Assembly: GCA_963422735.1 (NCBI GenBank)
Contig: OY730476.1
Location: forward strand, 2,272,001-2,336,000
DNA: 64,000 bases
Reading direction: 5' to 3'
Origin: Candidatus Latescibacterota bacterium
GTDB lineage: Bacteria; Latescibacterota; UBA2968; UBA8231
Shown here: positions 58,020 through 64,000 of the stretch, in pieces
Layout of the letters: each line of letters starts with the position of its first letter
How positions within the stretch are numbered: the stretch's first letter is position 1
Position numbers and translations under genes: made by a program
Notes under the pieces: model-generated
What the model saw: the letters and a program-made list of their open reading frames with translations, nothing else
The model's database searches: none
Told to the model about the DNA's origin: nothing

Positions 58020-61000
58020 ATGAAACGGCAAGTGATCATCGACATTGACCAATTGGCCAAGCTCGCCTGTGCGTGGCTGGGGGCGACCCTGCTGCTGGCC
58101 GGGGGTTTGGGGGCCCAGTCGGCAGCAGACACGCCGGAGCAGCCCACCTTGGGGCCGCAGCGGCTCATGCCCAACCAGAGCTTTGTGGGGCGCTACAGCG
58201 AGACGCTCTACCAGAATTACGGCTTTGCCGAATACCCCCGGCTACCGCCCTTTACCAATACGCTGCGGCCCTTTTACAGCGATTTAGGGGATTTCCTCAT
58301 CTACGGCTCGAATTCGGTCAACTGGCGGGAGCGCCGGGGATTGGGTGCCCAGCGCGGATTCTCCTCCATAGGCGAACGGGGGAGCCACGGTCAGGCCGGG
58401 GTCTCCTTTGAACGGCTGTTCAACAATGTCATCGTGGGTACGGACGGCACCGACGCTTGGCAGGCCAAGGTCATCTGGGCCAATGAGATCCGCACTAAGT
58501 TTACGCCCCTGACCTTCAAGATGGCCAATCTCGACGGTTTGCGATTCGACATGGGCACCGAGCGGGACAGTTTTTCGGCCCTGATTTCGAGAAACCGCCA
58601 CACGGGCGGCGGCGGGGTCATCCCCGGTGCTCTCATCGGCGGGGCGCACTACGAGCGCCAAGTGGGTTTTCTCCACTTTGGCGGCACTTTTGTCAACGCC
58701 CACCAATTCGAGCCGCTGATGTCGAGCAAAGACCTGTCCTTCAAAGGGGTTGCTGGGGCGGCCCAGAACGCCCCAGCTCTGCTGGCCATCCGCATTGCCG
58801 ACGACGCTCCCGGCCTAGGGGCGACTGGGGCGGTGCTGCACCGAGTGGACGTATATGTCAACGGCGAGTTGCTGCCGGCACTCGAGCCCTTTATCGTCCG
58901 CTTGGATACGCGTGGGGACGAGCGCCAGCCCTACAGCCAAGATCTGCTCCGTTCAGGCGAGCGCAAGCCCCTTCCCCGCACCGGCAACGACTACCAGTCG
59001 ATCAACCGGGGCGCCATCGCTAGCACGTACGACCCGTACATTAATTACGCGGCCTTTGACGCGGATGTCTATTACCGGGGCTACGAGTTCCCCTTCTGGA
59101 TCGGCCATCTCTACTACCGCGACTTCAAGTTGTTCGGCCCGGATTACGTGATCAACGCCGACCGCAAGGGCGAAGACCCCATCACCGTGCACGAGGAGTT
59201 CGCCCACGAAGTGGCCGAGCGCAGCGCGGAAAACCCCGACGGACAGTTTCTCGGTCTGTACACCCGGGCCGATCTGCCGCAAGCCTTTGACGGCCGGGAG
59301 TACGGTATTCTCTACGTCGATCTGGAGCCCTTTGGCGAGTGGATCGAGTCGGTTGACGTCGACCTGTTCATCTCGGGCGATTACCACGTCGAACTGTCGG
59401 AGATCGATATCGGGGGTATACAGCCCAACGAGCCCGAGTCGAATTACCGCGACAAGTACCGCTATGCCTCCTTCTTCCGCACGGTGGCGCGGGCCGACGG
59501 TACGCCATCGCCGCAGGAGCCGGTCGAGCGGGTGCGGGTCAAGGCCGGTACGCCCACAGGGGTGCGCCTGTACAGCGCCAATGTATACGGCGTGCTCAAA
59601 GGTTTTGAGATCAACGCCGAATTCGCCCGCAGCAACAGCTATTCCCAATACGTGAGCGGTCCTCCCGGGGTGCGGGTGCCCGGGGACGCGCTCAGCATCA
59701 ACGCCCTCGACCGCGAGGCGCGTCCCGGCAAGCGCGGCACTATCAGCGACAACGCCTTCTACGTCACGGTGAAGCGCGACTTTCCTCTGTGGGGCTTCGG
59801 CGGCGAATACTTTTCCATGGGGCCGCACTACAATACTGAGCTGCGCTCTTTTATCGGCCGCGACGAAGGTTGTTGTACGGGGAGTCTGATCACCCAAAAC
59901 GACGCCCTCATCCACCGGTTGGTCGAGGACAACGACGACAACGATCGCTTCCCCGATAGCTGGTACACCAACCACGCCAGTCCGGGCATGTTCTTCTTGG
60001 GCCAGTCCGACATTGACGGCATTTTCCCGGGCCTAGACGAGGACAACGACGGCTATCCAGACCAGAACAAGAACATCAACGGCACGCCGGACGATATCGA
60101 GCCCTTCCTCATGTACGATGTCGACGCCCAGGTCTACGACTACGACCTCGACATGAACCACAACGACTTCCTCGACGCGCGAGAGAACGACACCGACCCG
60201 GATTATCCGTACGATCCCGACTTGCGCGGGCTGCACGTGTACGGCCAGTTCAACCCAGTGCCCGGTCTGACTTGGTCAGTGGGCTTGATGAATGCCGAAC
60301 AGAATGCCGGCGGGGGGCCCAGCGACGTACTCTACACCCGCTTGACCTACTGGCGTACAGTACCGGCGGTGGGCCAGTTTTTTGCCGTTGCCTCGCTGGA
60401 GGAAGTGGAGGATGGCGTGGAGGATCCGCTGAGCGTGTACAGCGACCGGGTGCTGACCACGGCCGAACTATTCGAACTCGATTTCCCGGGCTTCCAGCGC
60501 AATATCCAGCTCGCCCCCTTTGTCGAAGAGGAGCGCGATGACCCACTGCTCTTCAAGGACAGCAGATACTTGCGCTTTTTCACTGACGCCCGTTGGAATG
60601 CGATCCCCCGGCTCAATATGCACAATAAAGTCAAGTACGAGATTAATGCCCAGCGCGAGGGCGAACTCTTCGATGGCACCTTCCAGGAGAGCGAGCGTCT
60701 GAGCCGCTGGGCCATGATGCACAAGGTTGACTACACTTGGCCGCTGGCCGATCAGTTGACCCTTTTCGCCGGTTTCAAATTCCGCTACCTCAAGGAGTGG
60801 CGACGCAGCCTGGAGTTGCCCACCTTGCACGAGCGCAATCTGATCCCGCTGACCAAGCTGGAGTACCGCCTGACCAGCCGAACCCGATTCCAGCTAGGCG
60901 TCCAGGGACTGGGGTCGCTTCTCCCCTATAGCGTGAACGATCTGGCCGACGCACGCCGGGACTTCGATCAGAGCGATATTGTGTTTATGCTGACCAACGA

Positions 61001-61148
61001 TTCAAAGTACTTCGGCTATCTGATCTCGACCAATATGGGTCTCCGCCGCCGCGTCAAGGAGTTCGACGATCTGGATGTGGCTGGCGAGGCCAATGTGGAA
61101 TTTATCGCCGCCTATATAAATGTGATTCTGGGATTTGAACACGAGTGA
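58020..61148 (+). CDS. Family B large exported / putative outer-membrane protein
   Basis: Signal peptide; EIRTKFTPLTF, DDAPG, VEDNDDNDRFPD, FPGLDEDNDG, PDYPYDPDLRG; ends VILGFEHE. Confidence 0.85.
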   Translation: MKRQVIIDIDQLAKLACAWLGATLLLAGGLGAQSAADTPEQPTLGPQRLMPNQSFVGRYSETLYQNYGFAEYPRLPPFTNTLRPFYSDLGDFLIYGSNSVNWRERRGLGAQRGFSSIGERGSHGQAGVSFERLFNNVIVGTDGTDAWQAKVIWANEIRTKFTPLTFKMANLDGLRFDMGTERDSFSALISRNRHTGGGGVIPGALIGGAHYERQVGFLHFGGTFVNAHQFEPLMSSKDLSFKGVAGAAQNAPALLAIRIADDAPGLGATGAVLHRVDVYVNGELLPALEPFIVRLDTRGDERQPYSQDLLRSGERKPLPRTGNDYQSINRGAIASTYDPYINYAAFDADVYYRGYEFPFWIGHLYYRDFKLFGPDYVINADRKGEDPITVHEEFAHEVAERSAENPDGQFLGLYTRADLPQAFDGREYGILYVDLEPFGEWIESVDVDLFISGDYHVELSEIDIGGIQPNEPESNYRDKYRYASFFRTVARADGTPSPQEPVERVRVKAGTPTGVRLYSANVYGVLKGFEINAEFARSNSYSQYVSGPPGVRVPGDALSINALDREARPGKRGTISDNAFYVTVKRDFPLWGFGGEYFSMGPHYNTELRSFIGRDEGCCTGSLITQNDALIHRLVEDNDDNDRFPDSWYTNHASPGMFFLGQSDIDGIFPGLDEDNDGYPDQNKNINGTPDDIEPFLMYDVDAQVYDYDLDMNHNDFLDARENDTDPDYPYDPDLRGLHVYGQFNPVPGLTWSVGLMNAEQNAGGGPSDVLYTRLTYWRTVPAVGQFFAVASLEEVEDGVEDPLSVYSDRVLTTAELFELDFPGFQRNIQLAPFVEEERDDPLLFKDSRYLRFFTDARWNAIPRLNMHNKVKYEINAQREGELFDGTFQESERLSRWAMMHKVDYTWPLADQLTLFAGFKFRYLKEWRRSLELPTLHERNLIPLTKLEYRLTSRTRFQLGVQGLGSLLPYSVNDLADARRDFDQSDIVFMLTNDSKYFGYLISTNMGLRRRVKEFDDLDVAGEANVEFIAAYINVILGFEHE

Positions 61149-61182
61149 TGAGCTTTTACTTTTCCACAGGAGGCGTCGGCAC

Positions 61183-63999
61183 ATGAATCTCGTCTTTGTC
61201 CTGGCTCTGGTCACGGTCCTCGGGACGCAGTTTGCCGCGCGCACCCCGAACCGGGACGATTTGGTGGCTTCCTTCCGCGACGCCCAGGCATTTTACGCCG
61301 AGGGCGCGTACGATCAGGCCATTGTCCGCTATGAGGAAGTCCTGCAGGTGCGCAGCCGCTTGCTCGATACACAGAATATCTCGGTGAGCGTGGGATCGGA
61401 GAGTTTTCCCGTGCTGGAAGCCGCCAATTACCAGATTGGCAATGCTTACAGCAAGCTCTTCACCGATTTTTCCCGCTTTGCCGGGGAGGCGCGCGATCCG
61501 GAGCGCCGAGGGGGCTTTCAGGCGCAGGCCGACAGCGCCTTTGCCCGCTCGGTGAGGGCCTTCCGCCAGGTCAGCGAAACGGCCGCCAACCAGGTGTTGC
61601 GCGTCCAAGCCTTTGGCCGGCTGGTCGATCTGTACTTTGAAGCCGGGCGCTACCTCGAGGTGATTGCGGCCGCCGACGCCATGATCGCGGCCTATCCGGG
61701 CGATCCGCGAGCCGTGGGCGGTTATTATAGCCGGGGCTGGGCCTTTTACGAAATGCAGAACTACACCCGGGCTATTGCCGCCTTCAAAGAGTTGCTCGAA
61801 CTCTATCCCACGGGTTACCAAGCCGACCGCAGCCTCTTTCAGATAGGTGAATCCTATCAGGAACAGGGCGAGTACTTACAGGCCATTGAACACTACCGCC
61901 GCCTAGTCAAAGGCCAGCGCATCGAGGAACTCACCGAAGAGCAACTCAATCAGATGCGGCGGGAGAAACTGGCCGGTCTGGTCGACGAAACCGCGCTGGA
62001 GCTGGCGGCCAAGGCCGAGATTCGCGTGGGCAATTGTTTCACCAATCTGGGGCGGTACGACGAGGGGCTGGCGGCCTATCGGCGGGTGATCGCCCTCTTT
62101 AGCACGGAGCGCCGTCTGGTCGAAGAGGCCTATTTGCGCATGGCCGATCTCTACCAAGAGCAGGGCGATCTGGCGATGGCCCTGCAGACGTACCGCGAGG
62201 CCATTGACCAATCGACCGATCGCACCCTGAGGGCTCGCATTCAATATGCCTTGGCCGAGCGCATCTTCGCCCGCGGCCAATATGAGCAGGCGATCCAGGA
62301 ATACCGCATCTATCTCCGGGGCTATGGCGATATTGCCGGTGGCGCGGGTTTTTCGCTCGAACGGGTGCGCTATCGCATCGGCAGCGCGTACCAGCAAATG
62401 GCCCAGGCGCGGCTGGGCGAGGACGACCGAGTCGGTGCCAGCGACTTGCTCAATCGGGCCATCGCCCAATACGATACCGTGCTGAGCAATGAGGGCTCAC
62501 CCTATGGCTTGGATGCTCGTTTCAACCGCGCCTTGGCGCACCAGTCGCAGGGCGGGCAGGAGGCTCTCGACCGGGCCCAGAGTACTTTTGAAGCCATTGT
62601 CGGGGAAGGGCACGACCGGGGCTATGTGCAGCGCGCCTTGGTGCAATTGGGCGAACTGTACTACGACCGCGGCGAATACGAGGCGTCGGCACAGCGGGCG
62701 CGGCAATTGTTGGACCGCTTCCCGGAAAGCGATTACGACGCCGACGCCTATATGCGCTTGGCCTTGGCTCGCCAAGCTTTGGGCGATCCAGACGGAGCCA
62801 TCCGGGCTTTTTTGGCCGTTGACCCAGAGTCGCCCCACTTTGCCCGAGCGCGGCTGGGAAGCGGCCACACCCTGGTGACCCAAGGCCAGTTAACCGAGGC
62901 CATTCCAGTACTAACAGCGGGTCTGGAGCGGGCCGACGATGGCCAGCGAGCTAGTTTCCACTATCTGATAGGACAGGCGCATATAGGCGAGGGGGCGTAC
63001 CAGCGGTCCATCGACCACTTTTCGCAGGCCCTCGAGCACATCCGGGGCGGCAGCAGACTGGAAGAAGCGTTGCGCTTCAGCCGAGGGAATACGGCCTTTG
63101 TGGTGGAAAACTACGCCCTGGCCGAGGAGGACTTCAGATGGATCATTGACCATGTCGAAGACCCAGAGAAAGTGCGCTCGGCGGAAAACGCTCTGTCCCG
63201 GTCCTACCTGAAGCAGGACCGGGGCGGCGAGGCCATACAGGTCCTCGACGATATGGTGCCTAATGCCGAGAGCCCGGAGGAGCAGGCCGAAATCTTGGGC
63301 CGCATGATGGATCTGTACTACGAGCGAGATGACTACGGGCAGACCGTCCGCTTTGCCCAGCGAGTACTCAGTTTGTCCTTTGCCGACGAATTGGGGCCCG
63401 GTCAGACCATCCTACTCAGGGAGCGTACGTACTTTGTTTTGGGGGATGCCCTGTCGCGTTTGGGCCGAGGAAATGAAGCGGTCGAGGTATTTGGCCGAGC
63501 CCTAGACCAGTATCCCGAATCGGAATTCGCCACGGATATGCGCTTGGCGATGGGCATCCACTACTTCGACTGGGACCAGCTCGACCGGGCCAAGGAGGTC
63601 TTTGGCGCCCTGCGCCAGGCTGACCTCGAGCCTAGTCAGGACCTACTGGTGCGTTTCTACTTGGCCAACGCGCACTACAGCATGCGCGAATTCGAGGATG
63701 CCCAGCGCGAGTTCCTCGGGCTGTTGAGCGATTACCCTCGGGTGCGCGAATTGCCGGATATGCTCTTTGGCGCGGCCGAAAGTTATTATCAGCTCGGGGA
63801 GTTCGCCGCCGCGCTCGGTCTGTACGACCGCATCCTCGCCGAGTTCCCCGCCGAGACAGCGGCGGACAACTCCCAGTACAACAAGGCTTGGTGCCTCATC
63901 GAGTTAAAGCGCGATGGAGAGGCCATGGAGGCTATGGCCGAATTGCTGCGCCGCTATCCCGAGAGCGAATTCGCCGCCTCGGCGCAGTTTACGCTGGGC
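61183..63999 (+). CDS. Very large exported TPR protein, 3'-partial (at least 939 aa; absent from the ORF track)
   Basis: RBS AGGAGG + ATG 61183 (MNLVFVLALVTVLG...). Frame spot-checked open to the window end, with BamD/CpoB-type TPRs (YPGDP, LYPTG..AD, FPES, YPES). Confidence 0.85.
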   Translation, partial: MNLVFVLALVTVLGTQFAARTPNRDDLVASFRDAQAFYAEGAYDQAIVRYEEVLQVRSRLLDTQNISVSVGSESFPVLEAANYQIGNAYSKLFTDFSRFAGEARDPERRGGFQAQADSAFARSVRAFRQVSETAANQVLRVQAFGRLVDLYFEAGRYLEVIAAADAMIAAYPGDPRAVGGYYSRGWAFYEMQNYTRAIAAFKELLELYPTGYQADRSLFQIGESYQEQGEYLQAIEHYRRLVKGQRIEELTEEQLNQMRREKLAGLVDETALELAAKAEIRVGNCFTNLGRYDEGLAAYRRVIALFSTERRLVEEAYLRMADLYQEQGDLAMALQTYREAIDQSTDRTLRARIQYALAERIFARGQYEQAIQEYRIYLRGYGDIAGGAGFSLERVRYRIGSAYQQMAQARLGEDDRVGASDLLNRAIAQYDTVLSNEGSPYGLDARFNRALAHQSQGGQEALDRAQSTFEAIVGEGHDRGYVQRALVQLGELYYDRGEYEASAQRARQLLDRFPESDYDADAYMRLALARQALGDPDGAIRAFLAVDPESPHFARARLGSGHTLVTQGQLTEAIPVLTAGLERADDGQRASFHYLIGQAHIGEGAYQRSIDHFSQALEHIRGGSRLEEALRFSRGNTAFVVENYALAEEDFRWIIDHVEDPEKVRSAENALSRSYLKQDRGGEAIQVLDDMVPNAESPEEQAEILGRMMDLYYERDDYGQTVRFAQRVLSLSFADELGPGQTILLRERTYFVLGDALSRLGRGNEAVEVFGRALDQYPESEFATDMRLAMGIHYFDWDQLDRAKEVFGALRQADLEPSQDLLVRFYLANAHYSMREFEDAQREFLGLLSDYPRVRELPDMLFGAAESYYQLGEFAAALGLYDRILAEFPAETAADNSQYNKAWCLIELKRDGEAMEAMAELLRRYPESEFAASAQFTLG

Positions 64000-64000
64000 G

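Overview
GC-rich (roughly 60% by eye) bacterial chromosome window. The protein families suggest an FCB-related candidate phylum such as Latescibacterota; this is an inference. About half the window encodes two expanded families of uncharacterised exported proteins. Family A has 7 paralogs of 630-780 aa with discoidin-like domain(s) and a C-terminal 'TPNGDGxND...WDGRD..G...PG.Y' FlgD/CHU_C-like domain, and every copy ends in Tyr. Family B has 5 paralogs of about 880-1040 aa with a conserved Asp/Asn-rich, probably Ca-binding block and a beta-strand-rich C-terminus. They occur in [A]n-[B]n-TPR operons, next to an ExbB-ExbD-ExbD/FlgT-like/lipoprotein/DUF4159 operon, a GT-C+TPR gene, and three secreted proteins with a C-terminal (T/S)WGx(I/V)K motif. 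Together these look like an undescribed outer-membrane secretion or surface-display system. The rest of the window holds tRNA-Val(TAC), an Opp-type ABC cluster, a P-II protein, SDR, class III aminotransferase, divergent PurF, creatininase, a PcfJ-domain gene, an orphan BrnA antitoxin, IS4/IS982 remnants and several pseudogenes. No CRISPR array or rRNA was seen. All family assignments come from motif recognition by eye; no searches were run.
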